Shown: positions 11,786 to 21,731 of the stretch, one piece after another | Layout of the letters: each line of letters begins with the position of its first letter | Numbering within the stretch: position 1 is the first letter of the stretch | Source: an uncultured cyanobacterium | GTDB lineage: Bacteria; Cyanobacteriota; Cyanobacteriia; Cyanobacteriales; CAWCAG01 | Length of the DNA: 64,000 nucleotides | Assembly: GCA_963803805.1 (NCBI GenBank) | Contig: CAWDOD010000003.1 | Span: 576,001-640,000 of the forward strand | Reading direction: 5' to 3' | Translations under genes and position numbers: made by a program | Notes under the pieces: generated by a model | Databases searched by the model: none | Told to the model about the DNA's origin: nothing | Seen by the model: the letters and a program-made list of their open reading frames with translations, nothing else

Positions 11786-12835
11786 ATGACAGCATCAACT
11801 TTAAAGTCTAAAAATGTAGTAATTTCAACCACAGAAAAAACTAGTTTCAAGCTCAAAGATATCCTTAATACTTTACCTCACGAGGTTTTTGTTAAAAATA
11901 GGCGTAAGGCCTGGCTAACGGTAGCAACAAATGTTTTTTTAGTCGGGTTAGGCTACTGGGGAATAGCAATTTCTCCTTGGTTTTTGTTACCTTTAGCGTG
12001 GATCTTTACGGGTACAGCGTTGACCGGTTTTTTTGTGATTGGCCATGATTGTGGTCATCGTTCTTTTGCTCAACGTAAATGGGTTAATAATTTAGTAGGA
12101 CATTTGATGTTCCTACCTTTAATTTATCCTTTCCATGCTTGGCGCATTGGCCATAACTACCATCACAAACACACTAATAATCTTGATGAAGATAATGCTT
12201 GGGCCCCATTTAAAGTTGATTATTATGAAAGCTTGCCCAAGGTAATTAGGTATGGCTACCAAGCAATTCGAGGACGCTTGTGGTGGATCGGTTCAGTTTT
12301 TCATTGGGCAATAGTTCACTTTAGACCTTCAGAGTTTAAAACGCCTAAACACCAGCAACAAGTAAGATTCTCTGTTGGTGTAGTTTTGTTGGGGGCAGCG
12401 ATCGCCTTTCCCCTACTCATTGCCACAACTGGTATTTGGGGTTTTGTTAAGTTTTGGTTAGTTCCTTGGTTGGTTTATCACTTCTGGATGAGTACTTTTA
12501 CCATTGTTCACCATACAATTCCTCAAATCCCTTTCAAACCAACTCAACAATGGGACGAAGCAATGGCACAATTAGCAGGAACTGTTCATTGCGATTATCC
12601 CCGTTGGGTAGAATTTCTTTGTCATGATATCAACGTTCATATTCCCCACCATATTTCTACTGGAATTCCCTGGTACAATCTCCGTTCTGCTCATAAAAGT
12701 TTAAAGGAAAATTGGGGAGAATATTTGGTTGAAACCAAGTTTTCTTGGCCCTTAATGAAAGAAATCACTGATAACTGCCACTTATCTAATGGTCAGGATT
12801 TCTACCAAACATTCCAGAATTACAAAAGAAATTAA
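11786..12835 (+). CDS. desA: Delta-12 acyl-lipid desaturase
   Basis: His boxes [22 protein letters not shown] and HDINVH typical of DesA. Confidence 0.92.
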   Translation: MTASTLKSKNVVISTTEKTSFKLKDILNTLPHEVFVKNRRKAWLTVATNVFLVGLGYWGIAISPWFLLPLAWIFTGTALTGFFVIGHDCGHRSFAQRKWVNNLVGHLMFLPLIYPFHAWRIGHNYHHKHTNNLDEDNAWAPFKVDYYESLPKVIRYGYQAIRGRLWWIGSVFHWAIVHFRPSEFKTPKHQQQVRFSVGVVLLGAAIAFPLLIATTGIWGFVKFWLVPWLVYHFWMSTFTIVHHTIPQIPFKPTQQWDEAMAQLAGTVHCDYPRWVEFLCHDINVHIPHHISTGIPWYNLRSAHKSLKENWGEYLVETKFSWPLMKEITDNCHLSNGQDFYQTFQNYKRN

Positions 12836-12909
12836 TTATTAACGTAGTGGCTAAGAATTTTAAAGATTCCCTGCCCTAATAACTGAAAAAATAGTTAGAG
12901 CGATTTTTT

Positions 12910-13971
12910 GTGCAAATTACAACAATTGAAGCAACACAGCAGTCTTTGAGCCAGGAAAAGTCGGAACTTCCTTTTACTTTAAAGGAGTTGAAAACAGCTA
13001 TTCCTGATTATTGTTTCCAACCCTCTGCTTGGCGTTCTTTATCCTACTTCTTTCTTGATGTTGGCATTATTGCCGGCTTATATGGAATCGCTAACTATTT
13101 AGATTCCTGGTTTTTCTGGCCTATTTTTTGGTTTGCCCAAGGAACTATGTTTTGGGCTTTATTTGTGGTAGGACATGATTGCGGTCATCGTTCTTTTTCT
13201 CGCTATCTTTGGTTAAATGACTTAATTGGTCACCTTTGCCATACACCGATTTTAGTTCCTTTTCACGGTTGGCGCATTAGTCACCGCACTCATCATCACA
13301 ATACAGGTAATCTTGATACTGATGAGAGTTGGTATCCTATTAAGGAAAGTACATATCATCAAATGACGTGGTATGAAAAAATGCTGCGTTTTGAACTGCC
13401 TCTGCTGATAGTTTATCCTCTCTATTTATTTAAGCGTTCTCCTGATCGTGAACTAGGTTCCCATTTCGATCCTTCTAGTCCTATTTTCAAATCTTCAGAA
13501 AGGAACGATATTTTAACTAGTACCATTTGCTTAGTGGCAATGGTTAGTTTGTTAGGGTTTTTAACCTATCAATGGGGTTTTATTTGGTTGTTGAAAAACT
13601 ATTTATTTCCCTACGTAGTGTTTGTTATTTGGTTAGATTTAGTTACATTCTTACACCATACAGAGGCAGATATTCCTTGGTATCGCGGTAAAGATTGGTA
13701 TTTCCTTAAAGGTGCTTTATCTACTATTGACCGAGACTACGGCATTTTTAATAACATTCACCATAATATCGGCACTCATGTAGCCCACCATATCTTTCTT
13801 AATATGCCTCACTACCATATTAAAGAAGCAACAGAGGCTATCAAACCCATTTTAGGAGATTATTACCGCGCCTCAGAAGCCCCCATATTTAAGTCCTTTT
13901 GGAAATCTAGTCGTAGTTGCCACTTTGTTCCTGATCAAGGAAGTGGCGTTTATTACACTAATGGCAAGTAG
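12910..13971 (+). CDS. desB: Omega-3 (Delta-15) acyl-lipid desaturase
   Basis: HDCGH, HRTHH, HVAHH; GALSTIDRDYG; GTG start. Confidence 0.92.
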   Translation: MQITTIEATQQSLSQEKSELPFTLKELKTAIPDYCFQPSAWRSLSYFFLDVGIIAGLYGIANYLDSWFFWPIFWFAQGTMFWALFVVGHDCGHRSFSRYLWLNDLIGHLCHTPILVPFHGWRISHRTHHHNTGNLDTDESWYPIKESTYHQMTWYEKMLRFELPLLIVYPLYLFKRSPDRELGSHFDPSSPIFKSSERNDILTSTICLVAMVSLLGFLTYQWGFIWLLKNYLFPYVVFVIWLDLVTFLHHTEADIPWYRGKDWYFLKGALSTIDRDYGIFNNIHHNIGTHVAHHIFLNMPHYHIKEATEAIKPILGDYYRASEAPIFKSFWKSSRSCHFVPDQGSGVYYTNGK

Positions 13972-14081
13972 TAATTAGAATTAATACAGCAATTCTTAGT
14001 GGCGCGAGATACAGTCTAGACTCTAAGTTTCACTAATAGCTAATAGAAATATATCTCAGCAGCTTAATAGTTTTCCTTAAT

Positions 14082-14123
14082 AGGCGATCGCCGTTTCCTT
14101 AGCAGAGGCGATCGCTTTTTTTT
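14082..14123 (+). terminator. Probable intrinsic terminator after desB; both stem arms contain HIP1
   Basis: AGGCGATCGCC...GGCGATCGCTT followed by a T-tract. Confidence 0.65.
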
Positions 14124-14483
14124 AGTTGATAAATTAATAAAAAATGCAAGTCTATTTGAAATCACTAATAATCTCAATCTATTTTGTTAATGAACTAAGC
14201 AATATTTCATAACAAACACAAGCCTTAAAGCAATATTCAATTAAGTATTTGAGCTATGATTTAATGAATGATTAAGTTTCATCTACTTTGTATCTGAAAA
14301 AGTAGAGTGCTTCAAATAGACCTGCAAGAAGTATCTTTTCTGAGGAATAGGCTTTTTACTTACTTAGCCTTTTTTAACCTTATTACTCTAACCTTTGAGA
14401 ACACAAGTAACTTAAATATCCTAAGTTTCCAGCAGTTATTCCACAAACTTTCTAATTAGCGACTGTTGAAACAAACGGCTTTT

Positions 14484-14717
14484 CTAACTTAAAAAACGGG
14501 GAGATGGTTCTAAGCCACTTCCACGCTGAGGAGATTGACCCCTCTGTGTTTTAGTAGCGTAAGGAAAGATTGAAAAAGCAACTTCAATACTTTCACTATT
14601 GCTTAACCCGTAATTGACCCAATAAGAATCTTTTTTAAAGCTAGTTTGGATTGTAAATATCGCTAGAGCTAAAGATAAAGTAGCGATGTTTTTAGTAGAT
14701 GGCCCTGATAGAGTCAC
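14484..14717 (-). CDS. Putative 77-aa small exported protein with PatX-like PQRGSG motif
   Basis: GGAGG 5 nt before GTG (14717); hydrophobic IATLSLALAIFTI; C-terminal QSPQRGSG. Confidence 0.45.
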   Translation of the reverse strand: MTLSGPSTKNIATLSLALAIFTIQTSFKKDSYWVNYGLSNSESIEVAFSIFPYATKTQRGQSPQRGSGLEPSPRFLS

Positions 14718-14896
14718 GGTAACCTCCGAATGCAATGACAATGATTGCTCTTTCTTAATGTCTTGCTTTAAATATGTGTTTTGATGTGTTTTAAACTAAA
14801 ACAGTTTAATTTTTGCTCCTAGTTCCTTGCTATTGAGAAAATTTCCTTAATCACTAACCAAGTTTAATAGTAAGCGGCAACAATGAGTTCAGTATT

Positions 14897-14945
14897 AATA
14901 CCCTTTTATAAAGTTTAACTTTATAAAACCTTATAAAAGGGTATT
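14897..14945. repeat. Nested inverted repeats
   Basis: 15-bp arms AATACCCTTTTATAA/TTATAAAAGGGTATT overlapping an inner palindrome TTTTATAAAGTT-T-AACTTTATAAAA. Confidence 0.75.
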
Positions 14946-15021
14946 TTTGTGACTCGAAAACTTTATTAAGGAATCAAACAAAGCAGTTTGTCAACTTTTT
15001 CACCCCTGTTTACTACGTAAC

Positions 15022-16386
15022 TTAGTCAATGTAATTGCGGCAGTTTTTGAGAAAATGAGCAGCAATTTCAGTATTAAAACCGAAATGTAAATGTAGATAA
15101 GAAGCATGAAGATTAGCTTGTTGCCATCCTTCAAATACTGCTCCAGTTTGAGGATTTAAAGTTTTCATTTCCCACAAAGGCGCGATGAGCGGGTAAGTTA
15201 ATTGGGAACGATGAAATTCATGTCCCCAGACTATTTCTCCTTGTTTAACCATGGAACTAGCCCGTAAAGCCTTGGCTTTTCGATACCCTATTATCAAACT
15301 CTTCCCCATAGCAACGCCAGTGGGTAATACCCCCACCATAGGCCAAGATTTCCCAGTAAAATCAACAATTTGCTGCCCCAAATACATTAATCCACCACAC
15401 TCAGCATAAACAGGTAAACCTTCTTCAAGGGCAGCTTTAACTAGCCTGAGAATTTGCTTGTTTTCTGCTAGTTCTTGGGCAAAAACTTCAGGGAATCCTC
15501 CCCCAAAATAACAACCTTTAATATCTTCAGGTAAGCTAACATCTTTTAAAGGACTCCAAGGAATTAATTCTGCTCCTAGCTGCTCCAAAATATCTAAATT
15601 ATCTTGATAGTAAAAGTTGAAAGCCCTATCCCAAGCTAGAGCAATTCTAACCTTTTTATCTACCTTGAGAGAGAGTGAGTTGGAAATAGGAAAAGAAGGC
15701 TTTGTTGGGGTTAATAAAGGTAGTAAGATTTCCCAATTAAAACATTTTGCAGCTAAGCTTGCTAAGTGAGGAACAATTTCTTTAAACTGAGGTAATTCTG
15801 CTGTGGGTACTAAGCCCAGATGCCGATCTGGTAAAGCTATATTTTCTTGACGACGGAAGACCCCAACAATCGGTAGTTCAACAGGTTCTAAAGCCTCCTG
15901 AAGCAATTCTAAATGGCGATCGCTACCAACTTTATTTAAAATGACACCAGCTAGCTTAATTCTGGAATCGAAGCTACCATAACCATGGGCGATCGCAGCT
16001 ACAGATCCAGATAAGCGGCTACAATCAATTACCAAAACCACAGGTAATTTTAATAACCTAGCAATGTGTGCCGTACTAGCAAATTCGGCTATAGATTCAA
16101 ACTTAACCCCATCAAATAAGCCCATTACCCCTTCCACCAAAGCATAATCTTTGTCTTGGCAATGGTAAGCAAAGCACTTGGATACATAAGCTTCAGAAGT
16201 TAGTAAGGGATCAAGATTACGACAAGGAAGCCCCGTAACCCGACTATGAAACATGGGGTCAATATAATCTGGCCCTACTTTGAAAGATTGTACCTTGTTA
16301 CTTTTTTGAGCTAAAAACGCTAGTAAAGCTAGGGTAATAGTTGTTTTCCCTACTCCACTACGTTCTCCTGCAATAATTAAAGCCAC
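15022..16386 (-). CDS. cobB: Cobyrinate a,c-diamide synthase
   Basis: SGVGKTT, FKVGPDYIDP, EGVMGLFDG, AECGG, GHEFH, YLHLHF. Confidence 0.93.
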   Translation of the reverse strand: MALIIAGERSGVGKTTITLALLAFLAQKSNKVQSFKVGPDYIDPMFHSRVTGLPCRNLDPLLTSEAYVSKCFAYHCQDKDYALVEGVMGLFDGVKFESIAEFASTAHIARLLKLPVVLVIDCSRLSGSVAAIAHGYGSFDSRIKLAGVILNKVGSDRHLELLQEALEPVELPIVGVFRRQENIALPDRHLGLVPTAELPQFKEIVPHLASLAAKCFNWEILLPLLTPTKPSFPISNSLSLKVDKKVRIALAWDRAFNFYYQDNLDILEQLGAELIPWSPLKDVSLPEDIKGCYFGGGFPEVFAQELAENKQILRLVKAALEEGLPVYAECGGLMYLGQQIVDFTGKSWPMVGVLPTGVAMGKSLIIGYRKAKALRASSMVKQGEIVWGHEFHRSQLTYPLIAPLWEMKTLNPQTGAVFEGWQQANLHASYLHLHFGFNTEIAAHFLKNCRNYID

Positions 16387-16591
16387 GCTGTCTCATTAAA
16401 CATTTGTCATTGAACATTTATCATTGCAGGGATTTTCAAAAAAAAACAACCGCAAGACAGAAGTTCACGGTTGAGATGGATTTGAAGGAGTAATATGATA
16501 TTTCTAATCATAGGAGTAGAGAAGCTTAACCTAGTCTCGGTTACAGTTTTGGCAACAGAAAATATTTTTCTTCGATTTAAGAGATTAGCAG

Positions 16592-17668
16592 ATGATCAAT
16601 GAGACAAAACTAAAATCCCGACAACAGGATGTACGTAGTTGTGGCATTAATCCTAATCATTGGTACGTTGTAGCCTCTACGAAGGAAGTCCAGGAAAAGC
16701 CGGTGGGGGTGACTCTTTGGCAACAAGATATAGTTCTTTATCGCGATCAAACAGGGACTATTCAGGCTTTAGAAGATCGTTGTCCCCATCGCCAAGTTAA
16801 ACTTAGTCATGGCCAAGTTAAGGGAAAAAAGCTGGAATGCGCTTATCATGGTTGGCAATTTGATTCAATGGGTAACTGTGCAGAAATTCCTTATTTAGGA
16901 ACGCAACAAAAGCTGCCTAAGTGTAAAATTCGCTCTTACCCAGTTCAAGAACTCGACGGCTTTATTTGGTTATTTTTGGGGGAAAATGAGCCAGAATCAG
17001 TAACTCCTTTAGGACTGGCGGAATGGCAAGATTTAAACTACATCGCCACAGTTTCCGTAATAGATTGTCAGGCACACTTCTCTTACTTAATCGAGAATCT
17101 GATGGATATGTATCATGGGCATTTACATCACGATCTCCAAGCTTGGGCAAGTGCCGCTTTACAAAGCTTAGAAGGGAATGATCAGCGTATTGATGCCCAT
17201 TATCAAGCTCAAAGTTACTATCGCATTGATAAAATTTGGTCAATCTCTCAACTTTTCTTTCCTTCCTTACGTCACCTACATCCTGAACCTTTAGATGTCA
17301 GTTATATTTATCCCCACTGGCAATCAAGTTTAGGGCAGGATTTCAAAATTTACTGCCTTTTTAACCCAATTAGCCCAACCCACACCCGGGCTTATTTAGT
17401 GCATTTTACTTCCCTAAATGCCTTTTGGCGTTTACACAAACTACCAATTTGGTTTCGCCGCTTCATTAAAGATAGTCTATTTGGGTCAGCACAAAAACTT
17501 CTTGACGGTTTAGTAGAACAAGATATCAAAATGATTGAAGAAGAACAACTTGCCTATGAGCAAAATCCTCACCGACGCAACTATGAACTTAACTCTGCTG
17601 TGGTTCAGGTACAAAGACTAATTCACCAACAAGATACTTTTAAGCAAGGCAATAGCAATTTAGTTTAG
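16592..17668 (+). CDS. Rieske non-heme iron oxygenase, alpha-subunit type
   Basis: DRCPHR...CAYHGW Rieske motif; ENLMDMYHGHLHH mononuclear Fe motif. Confidence 0.88.
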   Translation: MINETKLKSRQQDVRSCGINPNHWYVVASTKEVQEKPVGVTLWQQDIVLYRDQTGTIQALEDRCPHRQVKLSHGQVKGKKLECAYHGWQFDSMGNCAEIPYLGTQQKLPKCKIRSYPVQELDGFIWLFLGENEPESVTPLGLAEWQDLNYIATVSVIDCQAHFSYLIENLMDMYHGHLHHDLQAWASAALQSLEGNDQRIDAHYQAQSYYRIDKIWSISQLFFPSLRHLHPEPLDVSYIYPHWQSSLGQDFKIYCLFNPISPTHTRAYLVHFTSLNAFWRLHKLPIWFRRFIKDSLFGSAQKLLDGLVEQDIKMIEEEQLAYEQNPHRRNYELNSAVVQVQRLIHQQDTFKQGNSNLV

Positions 17669-17681
17669 CCTACAGCAAAGC

Positions 17682-18107
17682 TCATGCAAAACCGGCTCCC
17701 TGCTCCCCACTTCCTACTTCCTTCCCCAAAGATTGAGAATCTAATTCCTCCAATTCTGGTTCTGTTTGTTGTAAATGTTCTTCTAATATCTTCAAGTTGC
17801 GAACATTAGATTTATAGAAAGCATCGAAGATATCTCCGATAAAAGGGACTGCACCTACTATGGCTTCCAAAGCAATATTGAAAACCATTTGCCTAAAGTC
17901 TTTACCGGGTAAATTGAAGCGAGTTGCTAAGTAAATTATATAAGCAGAAAAAGCGGTACTAACAAGATCCCCCGCACCAGGGATTAAGCCAATAATGGGA
18001 TCTAAGCCAATGCGAAATTTAGTTCCAGGGAGGCGAAAAGCTGTATCCATTAAGCGAGAGAGTTTGCGAATACGATTAAGGTTAGCAAGACGTTGGGCTG
18101 AGGTCAT
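17682..18107 (-). CDS. DUF4112 family protein
   Basis: MD.AFRLPG...IGLDPIIGLIPGAGD...VPFIGDIFD. Confidence 0.85.
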   Translation of the reverse strand: MTSAQRLANLNRIRKLSRLMDTAFRLPGTKFRIGLDPIIGLIPGAGDLVSTAFSAYIIYLATRFNLPGKDFRQMVFNIALEAIVGAVPFIGDIFDAFYKSNVRNLKILEEHLQQTEPELEELDSQSLGKEVGSGEQGAGFA

Positions 18108-18264
18108 AACAAATATTAATTCTTTTTGCTTTATATACCTTTAATTTAGGCTTTTTTCCTTGTACCCAAAGTGCAAATAAGCTATTTATTTGGCTCATCC
18201 TTAAGAAAGAACTAAATTCCCTCGGTTAACCTAGAAACAAGACACAATACACAAATCAACTTCT

Positions 18265-18684
18265 ATGAAAACTTCACAACTGTGGTTAATCCTGGGGGGA
18301 ATTGCTTTTGGTGGGGTAGGAATTGGTATGGCTTTAACTAATCCTAGCCCAGAAGATTATGAAGAATTTGCCGTGGGGCAATTACAAGAGATTATGGAAC
18401 AAGAAGGGTGCGACAACTTGCCGAAAGAGTTCACAGGAGGAATAGAAATTCCGGAAGGGTTGGGCAACATCCTACAAACTCAGTGTCCTAATATCGTTGA
18501 GAAGGCTAGTCCCATCTTGAAACGAATTATAACTAGCAGTACCCAAAGACAGAATTTTGTCATTTTAAGTATTTATCGTACTGATTTTTCTCGCAACCCC
18601 GTTGCTGGTTATTTACCTGCGGATCAATTCGCTACGGTAGCAGTGTTTAACCGTTTTTATCTTTATCAAGCAGATAAGAGTTGA
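18265..18684 (+). CDS. DUF4359 family protein
   Basis: TM helix then TNPS..YEEFA; T.RQNFVILSIYRT. Confidence 0.75.
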   Translation: MKTSQLWLILGGIAFGGVGIGMALTNPSPEDYEEFAVGQLQEIMEQEGCDNLPKEFTGGIEIPEGLGNILQTQCPNIVEKASPILKRIITSSTQRQNFVILSIYRTDFSRNPVAGYLPADQFATVAVFNRFYLYQADKS

Positions 18685-18936
18685 TATATCAATGGGGGGT
18701 AGGTTAGGCATCAAAATGGCTGAGAGTTAATGAGAAAAGGCTTTTCAGCCATTTTCGGAAACTCAATATAAATAAAGGGAATTTTATTTCTTAAAACCGG
18801 TTTACCAATTACCTTAAAACAGCTTACTTATTACTTATTCCCTACTCCCTTCCCACGAATGTTATCTTGGGTTCAGGGTTGCAGATATCAAGGTTTTCAA
18901 GTTAGCAAGCAAGAATATTCTTCTCTCCAGTGGCTA

Positions 18937-20364
18937 ATGTCATATTGTCTCAATCCTCAGTGTTTAAACCCAGAAAATCCTAATCAAGACAAATTTTGCT
19001 GTAGTTGCGGTGCTTCTTTATTATTAAGGCAACGTTATCGCGCCATTCAAGCTTTAGGACAAGGGGGATTTGGTAGAACCTTTTTAGCTGTTGATGAAGA
19101 TTTACCTGATCAGCCTTTGTGCGTCATTAAGCAACTTTATTTGCTTAGTAACAATAGGGGAGTACAACAAAAGGCGATTCAACTATTTAAGCAAGAAGCA
19201 GTACAACTGAATAACTTGGGGCAACATGAGCAAATTCCTAGTTTACTGGCACATTTTGAAGAACAACAACGCCTTTATCTTGTCCAAGAGTTAATCCCCG
19301 GAAAAACTTTGGCACAAGAGTCTTGGCAAGGAGTTAAGGATCTTGAAAGTAAAGTCTGGCAATTTTTAAATGATTTGTTACCTGTGTTGCAATATTTCCA
19401 CGCCAGGAAAGTAATTCACCGAGATATTAAACCCGATAATATTATACGTCGCCACAATACAGAACAACTAGTCCTCATTGATTTCGGTATTGCTAGGTTG
19501 TTCACCGATACCGCCTTAATGGGTGGGGCAACTATTGTGGGTACGGCGGAGTATATGCCCCCAGAACAAACAAAAGGGAAAGTTTTACCAGCAAGTGATC
19601 TTTATAGTTTGGGGGTAACTTGTTTGCATTTGCTTACCAATGTTTCTCCTTTGGCAATGTTTGATGTGATTGAAGACAAATGGCTATGGCAACAACATTT
19701 GTCTCCTCAAGTTCGTTTGAGTGATCACTTAACTACAATTATTAACAAGTTAGTAGAACCTTCCCTACGCAGTCGCTACCGTTGTGTTGAGGAAGTACTC
19801 ACAGAAATGCCCAATTCTACTCAAGCATCTCCGATGGTAACAACAAACTATCCTCCTAGGAATAGCTTAAGTGCAGGACTAATTTCTGTAGGCAAAAAAT
19901 CCCATCAAGCCAATACCACTGAAGTCATAGCTATTAACTACTCACACCTACGGAATTTCCTCGCTAAAAGAAAGTGGCAGGAAGCTGATGAAGAAACCTG
20001 GGCTATTTTATGTGATTTAGTTGGTAAACCCACTGGCAGTTACTTATCTCAAAGCGAGATTAAAAATTTCCCTTGCCAACATCTCCAAAAACTCGATACT
20101 CTTTGGTATCGCTACAGTAAAGGACGCTTCGGCTTTCGAGTCCAAAAGCGTATTTATGAAGAAGTTGGAGGAGAGTATGATCTTTTCTGCGATCACGTCG
20201 GTTGGCAAATCCATCGTTCCAAATCTCCCACCGCTAACTTTCACTTTAATTTGCGATCGCCCCTCGGACATCTCCCCACTCGTCGTTGGGTAGGAGGCTA
20301 TTCTTGGTGGCAACACGCCCAAGTCTTGGCTATTAAACTAGAAGAATGCAGAATTTCAATTTAA
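18937..20364 (+). CDS. Ser/Thr protein kinase with C-terminal GUN4-like domain
   Basis: MSYCLNP zinc-ribbon start (ORF track starts at 18859); GQGGFG, HRDIKPDN, DFG; GUN4 motifs WQEADEET, SKGRFGF, PLGHLP. Confidence 0.88.
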   Translation: MSYCLNPQCLNPENPNQDKFCCSCGASLLLRQRYRAIQALGQGGFGRTFLAVDEDLPDQPLCVIKQLYLLSNNRGVQQKAIQLFKQEAVQLNNLGQHEQIPSLLAHFEEQQRLYLVQELIPGKTLAQESWQGVKDLESKVWQFLNDLLPVLQYFHARKVIHRDIKPDNIIRRHNTEQLVLIDFGIARLFTDTALMGGATIVGTAEYMPPEQTKGKVLPASDLYSLGVTCLHLLTNVSPLAMFDVIEDKWLWQQHLSPQVRLSDHLTTIINKLVEPSLRSRYRCVEEVLTEMPNSTQASPMVTTNYPPRNSLSAGLISVGKKSHQANTTEVIAINYSHLRNFLAKRKWQEADEETWAILCDLVGKPTGSYLSQSEIKNFPCQHLQKLDTLWYRYSKGRFGFRVQKRIYEEVGGEYDLFCDHVGWQIHRSKSPTANFHFNLRSPLGHLPTRRWVGGYSWWQHAQVLAIKLEECRISI

Positions 20365-20394
20365 CTATATTTCTCCGCTAACTTACAGGAAACG

Positions 20395-21048
20395 ATGGAA
20401 GTTCAACTTAAACAAATTATTGTACCTCCCGGTCAGCAACTTATAATGGCTGATGTTAGTTGGCTGATGTATGAACAACTCCTAGAGGAATTAGGAGAAA
20501 AACGGGGTTCGCGGATTAATTATAGTGGGGGAAGATTAGAAATTATGGTTCCCTTACCCGAACATGAAGATGATAAAGCCATGATTGCTGACTTTGTGAA
20601 AGTTCTTCTTGAAGAATTTGACAGAGAATTTAGGAGTTTGGGGTCAACAACTTTTAAAAGCAAAACTATGAAGCAAGGGATAGAAGCAGATGAATGTTTC
20701 TATATTGAAAATGAAGCAGTAATTAGGGGCAAAAAACGTCTCGATTTAACAATAGATCCCCCGCCAGATTTAGCCCTAAAAATTGACATCACTTCTCGAA
20801 CTCAATTTGATAACTATAAAGCATTAGGAGTAAGGGAACTATGGCGATTTGATGGTACACAACTAGAAATTAATTTACTACGAGAAAATCAATATTGTCT
20901 GGTGAAGGAAAGCCCTCATTTCCCTGGCTGCCCTTTAACAAAGGTAATTCCTCAATATCTAGAAGTTAGTAAGATTCAGGGAAGAAATAAAACAATTAAA
21001 GAGTTTCGTGTTTGGGTGAGGAATATTATTTCCACAAATAGTCAATGA
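20395..21048 (+). CDS. Uma2 family PD-(D/E)xK endonuclease-like protein
   Basis: LEIMVPLPEHE, LGSTTFK, EADECFYI, PPPDLA. Confidence 0.85.
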   Translation: MEVQLKQIIVPPGQQLIMADVSWLMYEQLLEELGEKRGSRINYSGGRLEIMVPLPEHEDDKAMIADFVKVLLEEFDREFRSLGSTTFKSKTMKQGIEADECFYIENEAVIRGKKRLDLTIDPPPDLALKIDITSRTQFDNYKALGVRELWRFDGTQLEINLLRENQYCLVKESPHFPGCPLTKVIPQYLEVSKIQGRNKTIKEFRVWVRNIISTNSQ

Positions 21049-21089
21049 TAAATGTTTAATGATAAATGGTATAGGGAGTAAATAGATTT

Positions 21090-21689
21090 ATGGGTTGGCG
21101 CGATCGCATCAATAATCTGACAGGTAAAACAAGAATTGTTGTCAGTCGGGTCATACTTCAGCTTAATGGTTCTGAAGTTGCCCCTCTACTGGGAATCCTC
21201 AACCGTGTAGCGAGGGAGGCTGTTGAGGAAGATGGGGATTTAGAAGTAATGGGGGAAGGATTGGTGGATATTTGCCAAAACCTCCTACAACAGCAAATGA
21301 ACTGGCAGTCTGGGGCCAATGAAGGGGACGTATTTTGGGATGAAGGAGAAGCGGGAGATTATGTTAGCGAACTATTTACTGATTCTGCCCAACGCTATTT
21401 AAGTACTCCAGATTACAACGAAATTGCCCCCGAAGAAACTTTCTCTTTGCCAATAACCACTAATTTAGTCGTTATGCTAACCATTGCTTGCCAAGGAGAG
21501 GTTCCCGACTTAGAAACAAATCTCGCTGCTAACATAGAAGCTATGGAGGATGGCTTAAAAGCCCTAATTAATTTACACTATCAACGCCAACTGCGGGCAG
21601 TTCAGTTACATTTCTCCCCAGCCCGTTTAGGTGATGAATTAACTGATGAACAGGTCTTACTTAATTTTCCTGAACTAGTTCCCCTTTAA
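21090..21689 (+). CDS. DUF1517-like protein
   Basis: Cyanobacterial pattern G.TR.VVSR...NEGDVFW.EGEAGDYV.ELFTDSAQRY. Confidence 0.65.
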   Translation: MGWRDRINNLTGKTRIVVSRVILQLNGSEVAPLLGILNRVAREAVEEDGDLEVMGEGLVDICQNLLQQQMNWQSGANEGDVFWDEGEAGDYVSELFTDSAQRYLSTPDYNEIAPEETFSLPITTNLVVMLTIACQGEVPDLETNLAANIEAMEDGLKALINLHYQRQLRAVQLHFSPARLGDELTDEQVLLNFPELVPL

Positions 21690-21731
21690 ACAAATTTAAA
21701 CAACAAAGCTAGAAGTTTCTCTTTTGAATTT

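Noticed and set aside
18713-18755. Inverted repeat AAAATGGCTGAGAG/CTTTTCAGCCATTTT as a regulatory RNA
   Set aside because: Single copy here; cannot be told apart from a terminator or MITE remnant
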